A stretch of DNA of 64,000 nucleotides from Ilumatobacteraceae bacterium. GTDB taxonomy: Bacteria; Actinomycetota; Acidimicrobiia; Acidimicrobiales; Ilumatobacteraceae. Below, piece by piece: positions 18,955 through 31,188 of the stretch. A program made the position numbers and the translations under genes. Position 1 is the stretch's first letter. Each line of letters starts with the position of its first letter. Below the pieces are notes generated by a model. That model searched no databases and was not told where the DNA came from. It worked only from the letters and a program-made list of their open reading frames with translations. The stretch is from contig CAVOQV010000017.1 in assembly GCA_963698435.1 (NCBI GenBank), positions 53,812 to 117,811 of the forward strand. Direction: 5' to 3'.

Positions 18955-19638
18955 ATGCTGGGCGGAATGCGCCCGCAGGTCCAACACCGAGGCGAGATCG
19001 TCGTCATCGGGTTGGGCCGGTTCGGGTCGGCGCTCGCCTCGACGCTGATCGAGATGGGCCACGAGGTCCTCGGCCTCGACGCCGACGAGGACCGCGTCCA
19101 ACAGCACGCCGAGGTGCTCACCCACGTCGCCCAGGCGGACACCACGAACGAGAAGACACTTCGTTCGCTCGGTGTCGCCGATGCGGTCACCGCGGTTGTC
19201 GCGATCGGGGCGGACGTCGAGGCGAGCGTGTTGACGACCGGCGCGCTGGTCGACATCGGTGTGCCCAACATCTGGGCCAAGGCGCTCACCGAATCGCACG
19301 GTCGCATCCTTCAGCGTGTGGGCGCGCACCACGTCGTCTTTCCCGAGGCCGAGATGGGCAGTCGCGTCGCTCGACTCGTGACGGGAGCGCTGATCGAGTA
19401 CTTCGCGCTCGACGACGACTTCGTTCTGATCGAAACGCAGGTGCCGCGCAACCTTGCGGGCAAGAAACTCGGCGACACCGACCTGCGCGCCACGTACAAG
19501 GTGACCGTCGTGTGTATCAAGCCGGAAGGCCAGGCGTTCACGTACGCCGAGAGCGCGACCCTGCTCGGCGAGCACGACCTGATCGTCGTCGCGGGCCACC
19601 GCGGCGACATCGAACGTTTCGCCGACAAGGAGACGTGA
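18955..19638 (+). CDS. trkA: TrkA family potassium uptake NAD-binding protein
   Basis: Rossmann [14 protein letters not shown] followed by a TrkA-C domain. The start is uncertain (ATG 18955/18967, or TTG 18931 overlapping the trkH stop). Confidence 0.85.
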   Translation: MLGGMRPQVQHRGEIVVIGLGRFGSALASTLIEMGHEVLGLDADEDRVQQHAEVLTHVAQADTTNEKTLRSLGVADAVTAVVAIGADVEASVLTTGALVDIGVPNIWAKALTESHGRILQRVGAHHVVFPEAEMGSRVARLVTGALIEYFALDDDFVLIETQVPRNLAGKKLGDTDLRATYKVTVVCIKPEGQAFTYAESATLLGEHDLIVVAGHRGDIERFADKET

Positions 19639-19698
19639 CGACTCCCCGACACGGAGACGTGACGACTCCCCGACACGGAGACGTGACGACTCCCCGAC
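19629..19698 (+). repeat. Perfect 24-bp tandem repeat, 2.9 copies (GGAGACGTGACGACTCCCCGACAC)
   Basis: Units at 19629-19652, 19653-19676 and 19677-19698. The first unit contains the trkA stop codon. The array ends 76 nt before the BVMO start. Confidence 0.95.
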
Positions 19699-19774
19699 GA
19701 CGTCCGCGGGCGTGTCGCCGGCAGCGTCTCCGTCCGCGTCGCCACGACTGCGTGCGGTTGGCTACAACCTTTCG

Positions 19775-21583
<1,809 letters not shown>

Positions 21584-21585
21584 GT

Positions 21586-21616
21586 GTGACGTCTGGGGTC
21601 TGACCCCAGACGTCAC
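21586..21616. terminator. Perfect 15-bp-arm palindrome between convergent genes (bidirectional terminator candidate)
   Basis: GTGACGTCTGGGGTC-t-GACCCCAGACGTCAC, 3 nt after the BVMO stop. The core CGTCTGGGG...CCCCAGA is shared with 38277-38317. Confidence 0.6.
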
Positions 21617-21625
21617 CGCCCGGCC

Positions 21626-23290
21626 TCAGGTGGGGGCGGTCGTCGACGTCGCCGTCGTCGTGGTGGTCGTGGCGGTGATGTCGCGACGCTGGATGAACAG
21701 CACCGTGACACGATCGTCGTCGTCGAGCAGCTCGGTGATGTCCGCGACGAGTGCCGAGGCGTCGGGGTCGGCCGGGCCTGCGACTTCGATCACTGCGTCG
21801 ACGCCGTCGAACGTGGTCGACAACACCGAGACGTCCTGCGTCGCGGCCCAGTCCCGGGCGAGCACGCCGATGCGTTCGGCGAGGAGCTCATCGGGAGTCG
21901 GTGTCGGCTCGCGATCGGACACGCTCTCGCGCTTCAGCCACGTCATCTGTACCTCGAAGGTCCGATCGAGCTCGCTGTCGAGGAGTGCCGTGAGCGACTC
22001 GAGCGACGGTGCGTCGATCGTGCCGCTCGCGTCGAGGCGGATCACGTTGTCGCTGATCGAGAGGGCGTCCCGGCGTCCACCGGCATCGGCGCCGAGATCC
22101 GCCAGCCAGCGATCGACGATCGACTGGACGTCGGCGAAGAGGCGCTCCTCGTCGGACACGATCGTCGTCGGCGGCGCTGTCGTGGTCGTCGTCGTGGCCT
22201 GGTCGACGCGATCCCACTCGATCGACACGACCCGCTCGGCACCGAAGCTCGCCTGCAGCGCAGCGACCAGCGGATCGGGGTCAGGCGGCGTGTCGAAACT
22301 GCGAACCGCCACCGTGATGCGCTGATCGTCGAACGACACCTGGGGGGCACCGCGTCGATCGGTCGGGCCGAGCCATGTGGACACGATGTCGAGCGCTTCG
22401 ACCTCCCGCTCGGACCGTTCGACCGCCGCGGTGGATGCGCTGTACAGCGGCAACGCGATCGCCACGACCACGACGCCGACGATGGCCGACACCGCGGCGG
22501 TCCGGCGAAACGTGGTCGCCAGGCGACGCGGTGGAACGAATCCCGTCACCACGAAGACCACGACCCCGGCGAGCACGATGGCGAACAGGTTGGTCGTGTA
22601 CAGCAGCATCGCCCCCCACGCGAACGTTGCGTTGCCGGCCTCGAGTGAGATGCCCACCGCTCCCAACGGCGGAACGAGCGCGACGGCCACTGCCACACCG
22701 GGAAGCGATGCCGAGGCATCCTTGCGCACCGTGGCGTAGGCGCCGGCGGTGCCGGCGGCGAGCGCCACCACGAGGTCGCGGATGTCGGGCGCCGTGCGAC
22801 TGGTCACCTCGTTGGGGAGTTCACCGTTGACGAACAGCGCCGCGAGCACGTACGACAGCAGGATCGCCCACAGCGTGGCAAGCACCACCACGGCGAGCGA
22901 TCGCAGCGACTTGCGGAACAGCGCCATCGCAATGCATGCAGCCGCCCCCAACACCGGCTGCATGAGCGGAGCGAGGAGCATCGCCCCGATGACCACCGCC
23001 GCGGAGTCCGCAGACAGGCCCATGACCGCGACGATCACCGACAAGGTGATCATCACCGTGAACCGATATCCCCAGTGGTCCTGGCGTTTGATGGCGAGTT
23101 CCGCCATCACCCGCTGACGTTCCTCGGAGTTCAGGTGGCGATGCCACCAACGCCGAGTGGCTCGTCGATGGACACCGAGGCTCGGGTCGTCGGTCGACTG
23201 CTCCAACTCCGGCGTGGCATGGGCGTCCTCGGACTCCATTCCGGCGCCTTCGAAGCCGGTGGGGCCCGAGAAACCACGGGGGTTGGTCAC
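21626..23290 (-). CDS. DUF389 (TIGR00341-type) membrane protein with a long C-terminal soluble extension
   Basis: DSAAVVIGAMLLAPLMQPVLG...GVAVAVALVPPLGAVGISLEAGN. The start is uncertain (23290 or 23239). Confidence 0.7.
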   Translation of the reverse strand: MTNPRGFSGPTGFEGAGMESEDAHATPELEQSTDDPSLGVHRRATRRWWHRHLNSEERQRVMAELAIKRQDHWGYRFTVMITLSVIVAVMGLSADSAAVVIGAMLLAPLMQPVLGAAACIAMALFRKSLRSLAVVVLATLWAILLSYVLAALFVNGELPNEVTSRTAPDIRDLVVALAAGTAGAYATVRKDASASLPGVAVAVALVPPLGAVGISLEAGNATFAWGAMLLYTTNLFAIVLAGVVVFVVTGFVPPRRLATTFRRTAAVSAIVGVVVVAIALPLYSASTAAVERSEREVEALDIVSTWLGPTDRRGAPQVSFDDQRITVAVRSFDTPPDPDPLVAALQASFGAERVVSIEWDRVDQATTTTTTAPPTTIVSDEERLFADVQSIVDRWLADLGADAGGRRDALSISDNVIRLDASGTIDAPSLESLTALLDSELDRTFEVQMTWLKRESVSDREPTPTPDELLAERIGVLARDWAATQDVSVLSTTFDGVDAVIEVAGPADPDASALVADITELLDDDDRVTVLFIQRRDITATTTTTTATSTTAPT

Positions 23291-23392
23291 GACCGGATCC
23301 TAGGGACTGCCCACGGTCGACGTACACGATGTGTCCGGCCTGTCGTGGACGTCCAGGTCTCGGTCGTACACGGCGGGGCGCGAGACTGGTTC

Positions 23393-25126
23393 ATGGCCGA
23401 CTACGACCTGATCATCCGAGGTGGTTCCGTCATCGACGGCACCGGCACAGAAGCTCGTACCGCCGACGTGGCGGTCGTCGACGGCATCGTCGCCGAGGTC
23501 GGGGCGGTCGTCGGCAACGCCCGCCGCGAGATCGACGCCGACGGTGCGCTCGTCATCCCAGGCATCGTCGACATCCACTCCCACTACGACGGTCAGGCCA
23601 CGTGGGACGAACGGCTACAGCCGTCGTCATGGCATGGCGTCACCACCGTGGTCACAGGGAACTGTGGGGTCGGATTCGCGCCGGTGCACGACGCCGATCA
23701 CGACAAGCTCATCGAGCTGATGGAGGGTGTCGAGGACATCCCGGGCGCGGCATTGCACGAGGGATTGCGATGGAACTGGAACTCGTTCGGCGAGTTCCTC
23801 GACGCCGTCGACTCGATCCCTCACGACATCGATGTCGCCATGCAGGTACCGCACGGCGCACTGCGCCTCAACGTCATGGGCGAGCGTGGCGCCAACCACG
23901 AGGACGCCACACCGGACGACATCGCCGCGATGGCCGAGCTCGCCCGACAGGGAATCGAGGCGGGCGCTCTCGGCTTCAGCACCAGTCGCACCAGGAATCA
24001 CAAGACCTCGACCGGGGCCTATACCCCGACGCTGACTGCCGCACCGGACGAGCTGATCGGGATCGCCCAGGGTGTCGGTGCAACGGGCACCGGCGTCCTG
24101 CAGGTCGTGTCCGACTTCCTCGATCCCGACGGTGAGTTCGCGATGCTGCGCGAGATGGTTGCCACGTCGGGGCGGCCGATGTCGATCTCGATCGCGCGCA
24201 ACCCGATGGTGCCCGACGCATTCCGTGGCCTGCTCGACCATCTCACCGCTGCGAACGCGGACGGCTTGGCGATGACGGGCCAGGTGGCGCCACGAGCGGT
24301 CGGCCTGATCCTCGGCCTGGAATGCACCCTCAACCCGTTCCTCACCAACCCGGTGTACCGGGAGATCGCCGACCGTCCGCTGAACGAACGGGTCGCGGCG
24401 CTTCGCGACCCCGCGTTCCGCGAGCGCCTCCTCGCAGAGGCCGCTGAACGATCACGGGACAAACTCGGCGGGAATCTGATCGGCCGGTTCGATCTGTTGT
24501 TCGAGATGACCGACGAGCCCGACTACGAGCCATCACCCGACAGCTCGATTCACGCCATTGCCTCGCGTTCGGATCGCAGCCCCGAGGAACTCGCGCTCGA
24601 CGCACTGCTCGCCGACGACGGCCACGGGCTGCTCTATCTGCCCTTCCTGAACTACGTCGACGGCAGTCTCGACGGGTGCCACGAGATGCTCGTGCACCCG
24701 CACACCGTGCCCGGCCTCGCCGACGGTGGCGCGCACGTCGGCACCATCTGCGACGGCAGCTTCCCGACCACCCTGCTCGCCTACTGGGGCCGCGACCGCG
24801 ACCACGATCGGATTCCGTTGCCGTTCCTCGTGCAGCGCCACTGCCGCGACACCGCGCGCACCGTTGGACTGCACGACCGGGGCGTCATCGCCCCCGGCTA
24901 TCGCGCGGATCTCAATGTGGTGGACTTCGACCACCTCCGGCTGCACAAGCCCGAGATCGTCCACGACCTCCCGGCGAACGGGCGGCGGCTCCTGCAGCGC
25001 GCCGACGGCTGGCGCCACACGATCGTGGCCGGCCGCGAGACCTACCACGACGGCGTGGCAACCGATGCCCTGCCCGGCCGCCTGATCCGCGGCGCCCAAC
25101 CCGCACCATCGGGAACGCTTCGATGA
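23393..25126 (+). CDS. N-acyl-D-amino-acid deacylase (D-aminoacylase) family amidohydrolase
   Basis: [18 protein letters not shown]..., metal motif [20 protein letters not shown]. 577 aa. Confidence 0.85.
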   Translation: MADYDLIIRGGSVIDGTGTEARTADVAVVDGIVAEVGAVVGNARREIDADGALVIPGIVDIHSHYDGQATWDERLQPSSWHGVTTVVTGNCGVGFAPVHDADHDKLIELMEGVEDIPGAALHEGLRWNWNSFGEFLDAVDSIPHDIDVAMQVPHGALRLNVMGERGANHEDATPDDIAAMAELARQGIEAGALGFSTSRTRNHKTSTGAYTPTLTAAPDELIGIAQGVGATGTGVLQVVSDFLDPDGEFAMLREMVATSGRPMSISIARNPMVPDAFRGLLDHLTAANADGLAMTGQVAPRAVGLILGLECTLNPFLTNPVYREIADRPLNERVAALRDPAFRERLLAEAAERSRDKLGGNLIGRFDLLFEMTDEPDYEPSPDSSIHAIASRSDRSPEELALDALLADDGHGLLYLPFLNYVDGSLDGCHEMLVHPHTVPGLADGGAHVGTICDGSFPTTLLAYWGRDRDHDRIPLPFLVQRHCRDTARTVGLHDRGVIAPGYRADLNVVDFDHLRLHKPEIVHDLPANGRRLLQRADGWRHTIVAGRETYHDGVATDALPGRLIRGAQPAPSGTLR

Positions 25127-26178
25127 CCACGGCCGACACACCGACACCGCTGCACGAGGTCGTCGAGCTGGAGACCCACGCCAACTGGACCGCGACCCAC
25201 ATCGGCAACCCCGACGACTGGACGCTGCAGCTCACCGACGCCCATCACACCGAACTCGATGCAGCGCTGGCACGTGCTCGATCGACGACCGACGAACTCC
25301 TCGACGTCACCGCTGACGACTTTCCGCTCCCCACCCTCGGGGCGCGGTTGGCGGCGATGGCCGCGGAGTTGGTGAACGGTCGAGGGTTCGCCAGGATCGC
25401 CGCGCTCGATGTCGATCGGCTCGGCGCGGAGGACGCCTCGTGGATCTACTGGGGCATCGGCCGTCACCTGGGCGAGCCGTGGCCGCAGAACGCGAAAGGT
25501 CACCTGCTCGGCGACGTCACGGATCAGGGCAAGGCGCCGGACGATCCAACCGCCCGCGGCAACGAGATCGGTGGTCATCCGCTCGGTTTCCACAGCGACG
25601 GCTCCGACCTCGTCGGACTGCTCTGCATCGACGACGGTCTCAGCGGGGGGGAGAGCCTGGTCGCCAACGCTGTCGGCGCCTACAACGCACTCGTGCGCAC
25701 CCGGCCGGATCTTGCCGCGGTGCTCTACGAGCCCCTGCCGTACGACTTCCGTGGCGAGCAACGCGACGGGGCCCGACCCTTCTATTCGATTCCGGCGTTC
25801 ACACGCCACGTTGGCCCGACGGGCGATCGACTCTTCGTCCGATACATCCGGCCCTTCATCGAGGCGTCACAACGACATCCCGACGCACCACGGCTGACCG
25901 CCCTCCAGGTCGAGGCGATGGACGCCTACGACGCGCTGATCGACGATCCCGACAACCAGGTGGAGATGGCGTTGCGGCCCGGCGACATCCAGTTCGTCAA
26001 CAACTACCACGTCCTGCACGGCCGTCGTCGGTACGTCGACGACGCCGACTCCGGTCGCGTCCGATGGCTCAAGCGCCTCTGGCTGGCCACCGACATCCTC
26101 GGCCCCGACGACCGTCCCGGCCGCTTCCAACGAGCCGGCGCCATGGGTCATTGGGGCGCTCAGCGCACCAAGGCCTGA
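25123..26178 (+). CDS. TauD/TfdA family Fe(II)/2-oxoglutarate dioxygenase
   Basis: HxD motif in GFHSDGSD, and late NNYHVLHGRR. ATGA overlap with the amidohydrolase stop (25123-25126). Confidence 0.8.
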   Translation: MTTADTPTPLHEVVELETHANWTATHIGNPDDWTLQLTDAHHTELDAALARARSTTDELLDVTADDFPLPTLGARLAAMAAELVNGRGFARIAALDVDRLGAEDASWIYWGIGRHLGEPWPQNAKGHLLGDVTDQGKAPDDPTARGNEIGGHPLGFHSDGSDLVGLLCIDDGLSGGESLVANAVGAYNALVRTRPDLAAVLYEPLPYDFRGEQRDGARPFYSIPAFTRHVGPTGDRLFVRYIRPFIEASQRHPDAPRLTALQVEAMDAYDALIDDPDNQVEMALRPGDIQFVNNYHVLHGRRRYVDDADSGRVRWLKRLWLATDILGPDDRPGRFQRAGAMGHWGAQRTKA

Positions 26179-26218
26179 GGAGCGCCCCCCCCCCCGATGT
26201 ACTCGACCCGTGTTTCGA

Positions 26219-26890
26219 TCAGAGTTCGTCGAGTATCTGCTGGCGCTTCGTGGCGTACTCGGCGTCGTTGACCAGCCCTTGTTCCTTCATGTCCTCGAGA
26301 GCGGCGAGCCGTTCCTGGGGTGTCGGACCCGCCGGTGCCTGCGGATTCGTCTCGACGTGCTCGCGCATCGCCTTGGCCAGCGAGGCCGCGTCGCGATCGG
26401 AGTCGCGCTGTTCGTCGGCTTCGACCTGAGCAAAGATCAGCGTGCGGACCTTCTCAGGGTCGGGAATGTTCTCGAAGACCGAGTCGCCGGTCTCGCCCGC
26501 CGACTCGATCGTGACGACGCCGTTGTTCAGGATCCTGGCGATGAACGACTGCTCGAAGTTGACGTTGTTGATGCGGTTCAACGGAATCGACACACCGCGG
26601 CGCCGGAAGATCCCACTCTGGTACGCAACGCGCTGATCGGTGATGGCAAAGCGCGTGGTCTGCCACTGCACGAACTCGTAGATCGTGTCGAGGATCAACA
26701 CGATGAACGCGATGAGCGTGATCCAGCCGATGACGGTGTCGAGCCAGTCGGCATCGACGGTCCAGAGCAGCAGCAACAACAACAGGACGCCGGCCGCTGC
26801 GGCGACCTGCTTCCAGAAGTAGAACCAGTGGGGGTTCGACGCGAGGATCATCTTCTCGTCGGGCATCAGGTCGATGTCGGGACCAAACAT
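26219..26890 (-). CDS. Membrane bPH (DUF304/YdbT-like) domain protein with a C-terminal SHOCT domain
   Basis: Two TM helices, then TTRFAITDQRVAYQSGIFRRRGVSIPLNRINNV. The C-terminus ERLAALEDMKEQGLVNDAEYATKRQQILDEL is SHOCT-like. Confidence 0.7.
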   Translation of the reverse strand: MFGPDIDLMPDEKMILASNPHWFYFWKQVAAAAGVLLLLLLLWTVDADWLDTVIGWITLIAFIVLILDTIYEFVQWQTTRFAITDQRVAYQSGIFRRRGVSIPLNRINNVNFEQSFIARILNNGVVTIESAGETGDSVFENIPDPEKVRTLIFAQVEADEQRDSDRDAASLAKAMREHVETNPQAPAGPTPQERLAALEDMKEQGLVNDAEYATKRQQILDEL

Positions 26891-26929
26891 GGCGCGAACT
26901 GTAGTACCCGGGGCGGGCGACGCGATCAG

Positions 26930-27238
26930 TCACAGGATCAATCGGGTGAGCGCCGTTGCGGCCGCCGCCAGGAGGATCACCACGATGAACGGAAACTTGC
27001 GCCACAGGGCCAGCCCGGCAACAACGAGTCCGACCAGGCGGGCATCGATCACGATCGTCCGGCCGTCGCTCACCGTCGACACGATCGTGAGCGCCGCGAG
27101 CAACGCCGCAGGGAGCAGATCGACCACCTGCTGCACGCGAAGCGGCAGCGCGCGATCACCGAGCACGAGCGGGCCAGCGGACTTGAACGCAAAGGTTCCG
27201 ACCGTCATCACGATCAGTACGACGGTCGCGTCACTCAC
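26930..27238 (-). CDS. azlD: Branched-chain amino acid transport protein AzlD
   Basis: 102 aa, hydrophobic. Its GTG start overlaps the azlC stop (GTGA at 27235-27238). Confidence 0.7.
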   Translation of the reverse strand: MSDATVVLIVMTVGTFAFKSAGPLVLGDRALPLRVQQVVDLLPAALLAALTIVSTVSDGRTIVIDARLVGLVVAGLALWRKFPFIVVILLAAAATALTRLIL

Positions 27239-27960
27239 GACGTCCTCTTCGTGTCGGGCCGGGGAACAGCGCTCTCGTCGACGCGCTGCGCGCCGATCCG
27301 ACTCGCGGCGACCCCGAGCATCGACACCAGAATCGGCACACCCGGCGGGGCGAACGGGATCAGAACCAGCGCGATCAGCGCACCGGCGATCGCCGTGCGC
27401 CGTTGCGGCGTCGACGACAGGCGTGGCCAGAGGAGTGCGAGAAAGGCTGCGGGTCCGGCAGCATCGAGGCCGAGCTCGTTGATCAGATCGCCGGCACCAG
27501 CGAACGCGACATGGCCGAGAACGGTGGTCACGTTCCACACGACGAACACGCCGCCGCCAGCGACGAGGTACCCGTAACGCCTCCACCGGAGTCCGTGCTG
27601 GGCGGCGCCGACGGCCGTCGATTCGTCGATCATCCACTGCGACATCGACGCGCGCTGCCACCATGTACCAACGAGCGCCGGGGCCATGATCACCCCGAAC
27701 GCGAGCGATCGTACGTTCAGGAGCAGGCCGGCGATCGCGGCGGATGCGACCGAGCCTCCGTCACCGAGGATCTCGACGGCAGCGAACTGCGAGCTGCCAC
27801 CGAACACGAACAACGAGAACCCCATCGCCTGCAGGAGGGAGAGTCCCGCTGTGGCCGCGGCGGCACCGAACACGATGCCGAACGGAGCGACCGAGGCGAC
27901 GATCGAGGCGGCCTGACGGTGGATCGCCCGCTTGCGCGCTGCATCGTCGACCTCGTTCAC
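27235..27960 (-). CDS. azlC: AzlC family branched-chain amino acid permease subunit
   Basis: FGIVFGAAAATAGLSLLQAMGFSLFVFGGSSQFAAVE. GTG start at 27960. Confidence 0.75.
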   Translation of the reverse strand: MNEVDDAARKRAIHRQAASIVASVAPFGIVFGAAAATAGLSLLQAMGFSLFVFGGSSQFAAVEILGDGGSVASAAIAGLLLNVRSLAFGVIMAPALVGTWWQRASMSQWMIDESTAVGAAQHGLRWRRYGYLVAGGGVFVVWNVTTVLGHVAFAGAGDLINELGLDAAGPAAFLALLWPRLSSTPQRRTAIAGALIALVLIPFAPPGVPILVSMLGVAASRIGAQRVDESAVPRPDTKRTS

Positions 27961-27994
27961 GAGGCGCAGTCTTGCGCCGGTAGCGTCCGACGAC

Positions 27995-28693
27995 GTGGTC
28001 GTGACGGGTGGTGACGGTGCTCGCTCGGTTCGGCGCCCGGCAGCGTCGTTCAAGGTGCGCCGCCGGTCACTGTCACCGAAGCGACAGGCCGAGTTCGACG
28101 CGTGGATCCAGCGATGGGGTCTCGACCTCGAAGGTCCGGTGCTCGACTGGGCCGAGGTGTTCGGACATCCGCCCGCTTCGCGTCCGGACGTCGTGCTCGA
28201 CATCGGGTTCGGCCACGGCGAATCGACGATCGAGATGGCAGCCGCCGAGCCCGATCTCGACGTCGTCGGCGTCGAGGTGCACACACCTGGCGTCGTCACG
28301 GTGCTCGACGCGATCGAACACCGCGGCCTCCACCACGTCAGGGTGGTCCACGGAGATCTGCTCCCGTTCCTCGACCGCGTTGCGTCCGAGTCGATCGCGG
28401 TCGTCCGGATCTTCTTTCCCGACCCGTGGACGAAACGCCGCAACTTCCATCGACGGCTCGTCGCGCCCGACGTGGTCGCTGCGCTCACCGATCGCCTCCG
28501 CGTCGGCGGCCAGATGCACCTCGCCACCGACATCGCCGACTACGCCGATTCGATGCGCCAGGTGTGTGACGCGGAGCCGAGACTCACCGGCGGTGTGATC
28601 GATCGACCCGACTGGCGCCCGATGACCCGCTTCGAGCAGCGAGGTCTCGACGCCGGCCGGTCCCCCACCGATCTGCTGTACAGCCGTTCCTGA
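27995..28693 (+). CDS. trmB: tRNA (guanine46-N7)-methyltransferase
   Basis: DIGFGHGES (SAM motif) and FFPDPWTKRRNFHRRL. The start is uncertain (GTG 27995/28001; the ORF opens at TTG 27932). Confidence 0.85.
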   Translation: MVVTGGDGARSVRRPAASFKVRRRSLSPKRQAEFDAWIQRWGLDLEGPVLDWAEVFGHPPASRPDVVLDIGFGHGESTIEMAAAEPDLDVVGVEVHTPGVVTVLDAIEHRGLHHVRVVHGDLLPFLDRVASESIAVVRIFFPDPWTKRRNFHRRLVAPDVVAALTDRLRVGGQMHLATDIADYADSMRQVCDAEPRLTGGVIDRPDWRPMTRFEQRGLDAGRSPTDLLYSRS

Positions 28694-28738
28694 GTGCGGC
28701 AGGGCTCAGCTCGGGGCCGAGGAGCCGACGGCACCGGC

Positions 28739-29983
28739 TCATGCCGCCGGAGTCGGGGCGTGCGGGCGGAGCTCTTCGAAGGTGTCGATCTTGCGGATCG
28801 AGGGAAACACGACAGCGAAGCTCGCAGCGATCGCGACGGTGATGAGGCCTCCACCGGCGATCGCCCACGGCACACCGAACATCCTCGCCGCCACCCCGCT
28901 CTCGAAGGCTCCGAGTTCGTTCGACGCTCCGATGAACACACCTTCGACGGCGCTGACGCGTCCGAGCTGTTCGTCCGGTGTGACCAGAGGGACGATCGAG
29001 CCCCGGATGAACATCGACACCATGTCAGCCGCCGAGATGACGATCAGCGCGATGAACGCCACCAGGTAGTTGTGGGTGAGCCCGAACACCATGGTGCCGA
29101 GCCCGAAGATCGCGACCACGACCAAGAGCGTCGGACCGACACGGCGCGTGATCGGGCGGGTGGCCAACCAGATCGCCATCACAGCGGCACCGATGCCCGG
29201 CGCCGCGCGCAGCCACCCGTACGCGATGTCGCCGACGCCGAGCTGATCGCTCGCGACCGCAGGGATGAGCGCGATCGCCCCGCCGAAGAGCACAGCGAAG
29301 AGGTCCAGCGAGATCGTGCCCAGCACCACCGGGGTTCGCCGGACGAAGCGCAATCCCTCGAGTGCCGAGTGCAGCGTGGGGCGATCGGTGATCCGCTCGG
29401 GCTCGCGGGCGTAGACGATCATGAGGATCGGGACGATCGCCGCGAACTCGAGCAGCGCCGCGAGCGCGTAGGCCTCGCTCGGGCCGACCGAGTAGAGAAA
29501 GCCACCGATCACCGGACCGACGATCGCCGATGCTGTGAAGGTTGCGGTCCACAGGGCGACGACTTGTGGGAAGAGGTCCGGCGCCGTCAGAAGCGGGGCA
29601 ATCGACCGCCGGGACGGACCGATCATCGCGTCGGCGGCGCCGAACACGAATGCAATCACGAACAACGGCCACACCGTTCCGGGGTCGATCTCGCTGTAGA
29701 CGACAAACGCGAGGGCGCAGCCGACCCTCGCCAACAGGAAGACCGACGTCACGCGACGACGGTCGAACCGGTCGGCCACCCAGCCGCTGACGAGCACCAG
29801 CAGGACCGCCGGCACGAACTGGGCCAGGCCGATGAAACCGATGTCGAGCGCGTCGCCGGAGGTGTCGAAGGTCTGCTTGAACAGCACCGTGACCAGGATG
29901 TTCAGCCCCACCGCAGCGAGCGCCGTCGACAGCAGGTACCTGCGTACCGCGGGGAACCGCAGGACCTCACGAGCAGTGGCCAC
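28739..29983 (-). CDS. MFS transporter
   Basis: 414 aa, 12 predicted TM helices, loop motif GWVADRFDRRRV. Confidence 0.8.
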   Translation of the reverse strand: MATAREVLRFPAVRRYLLSTALAAVGLNILVTVLFKQTFDTSGDALDIGFIGLAQFVPAVLLVLVSGWVADRFDRRRVTSVFLLARVGCALAFVVYSEIDPGTVWPLFVIAFVFGAADAMIGPSRRSIAPLLTAPDLFPQVVALWTATFTASAIVGPVIGGFLYSVGPSEAYALAALLEFAAIVPILMIVYAREPERITDRPTLHSALEGLRFVRRTPVVLGTISLDLFAVLFGGAIALIPAVASDQLGVGDIAYGWLRAAPGIGAAVMAIWLATRPITRRVGPTLLVVVAIFGLGTMVFGLTHNYLVAFIALIVISAADMVSMFIRGSIVPLVTPDEQLGRVSAVEGVFIGASNELGAFESGVAARMFGVPWAIAGGGLITVAIAASFAVVFPSIRKIDTFEELRPHAPTPAA

Positions 29984-30119
29984 CGCGGAAACCTACCGAC
30001 ACGACGCCACCGCGAACCCCGGAGTCGTGCGGGACATCGCCACCAGGCGACGATCTGCGCACGTTCGGTCCGAACCGTCCCATTTCATTGCGGACGCAAA
30101 GATATTCGGATAGGATGGG

Positions 30120-31163
30120 GTGATGACCGGCGCACTGCTGCAAACGTTCCCACTCGGCACCCAGTGGCCGACGATCGATCCGTTCCTGTTCTGCGCGCAC
30201 CATCGCGACGACTACCCGACCGGCACGATCGACCTCGGCCCGGACGCACCCCTCGACGGTCGTGACATCGGCATGGACTTCGCCGGCGTCGACGGGTGGA
30301 ACATGTACCACGGGTCGACCGTTCCCGGTTTTCCGCAGCATCCCCATCGAGGCTTCGAAACGGTCACGTACGTGCGCACCGGGTTCTGTGACCACAGCGA
30401 CTCACTCGGCGCCACGGCACGGTTCGGCCGTGGCGACACCCAGTGGATGACCGCCGGCAAGGGGATCGTGCACTGCGAGATGTTCCCGCTGTTGTCGGAC
30501 GACGAGCCGAACCCGCTCGAGTTGTTCCAGATCTGGCTGAACCTGCCCGCGGCCGACAAGATGGTCGAGCCGTACTTCACGATGTTGTGGAGCCACGACA
30601 CGCCGACGGTCGTCGCCGCCTCCGGCGACGGTGACGCCCTGGTCGACATCACGGTCATCGCCGGCTCGCTCGACAACGCCGAGGCGCCGAGCCCGCCGCC
30701 GAACTCGTGGGCCGCGAAGGCCGAGGCCGACGTCGCGATCTGGCACCTCCGTTTCGATCCGGGCGCGCGCTGGACGATGCCGGCCGCCGGGCCCGAGTCG
30801 CACCGGTTGCTCTATGCCTTCTCCGGCTCGTGGCTCACCGTCGACGGCGAGCGCCTCGACGCGGGCAACGGTGCCGCCGTCGACCCGAGCCGACCGCTCG
30901 AACTCGTGGCCGGCGACGACGGCGTGGAATGCATGGTCCTGCAGGGCCGCCCGATCGGTGAGCCCGTTGCGCAGTACGGGCCGTTCGTGATGAACACCCA
31001 GGCCGAGATCCAACAAGCCTTCGAGGACTACCGCCGCACCCAGTTCGGCGGTTGGCCGTGGGGTTCGGATGATCCGAACCACGGGCCGACCACTCGCCGG
31101 TTCGCCCGCCACGCTGACGGCCGCGTCGAGCAGTTCGACGTCGAGCCTGCACCCACCGCCTGA
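30120..31163 (+). CDS. Pirin family protein
   Basis: Cupin metal motif HPHRGFETVTYV...GDTQWMTAGKGIVHCE. 347 aa. Confidence 0.85.
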   Translation: MMTGALLQTFPLGTQWPTIDPFLFCAHHRDDYPTGTIDLGPDAPLDGRDIGMDFAGVDGWNMYHGSTVPGFPQHPHRGFETVTYVRTGFCDHSDSLGATARFGRGDTQWMTAGKGIVHCEMFPLLSDDEPNPLELFQIWLNLPAADKMVEPYFTMLWSHDTPTVVAASGDGDALVDITVIAGSLDNAEAPSPPPNSWAAKAEADVAIWHLRFDPGARWTMPAAGPESHRLLYAFSGSWLTVDGERLDAGNGAAVDPSRPLELVAGDDGVECMVLQGRPIGEPVAQYGPFVMNTQAEIQQAFEDYRRTQFGGWPWGSDDPNHGPTTRRFARHADGRVEQFDVEPAPTA

Positions 31164-31188
31164 CAACTCCGGAGCGCCCCAGCCCCCT

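Noticed and set aside
19629-19698. The tandem repeats at 19629-19698 and 60064-60123 as CRISPR arrays.
   Set aside because: The units are directly adjacent with no spacers, the periods (24 and 13 bp) are too short, and no cas genes are present.
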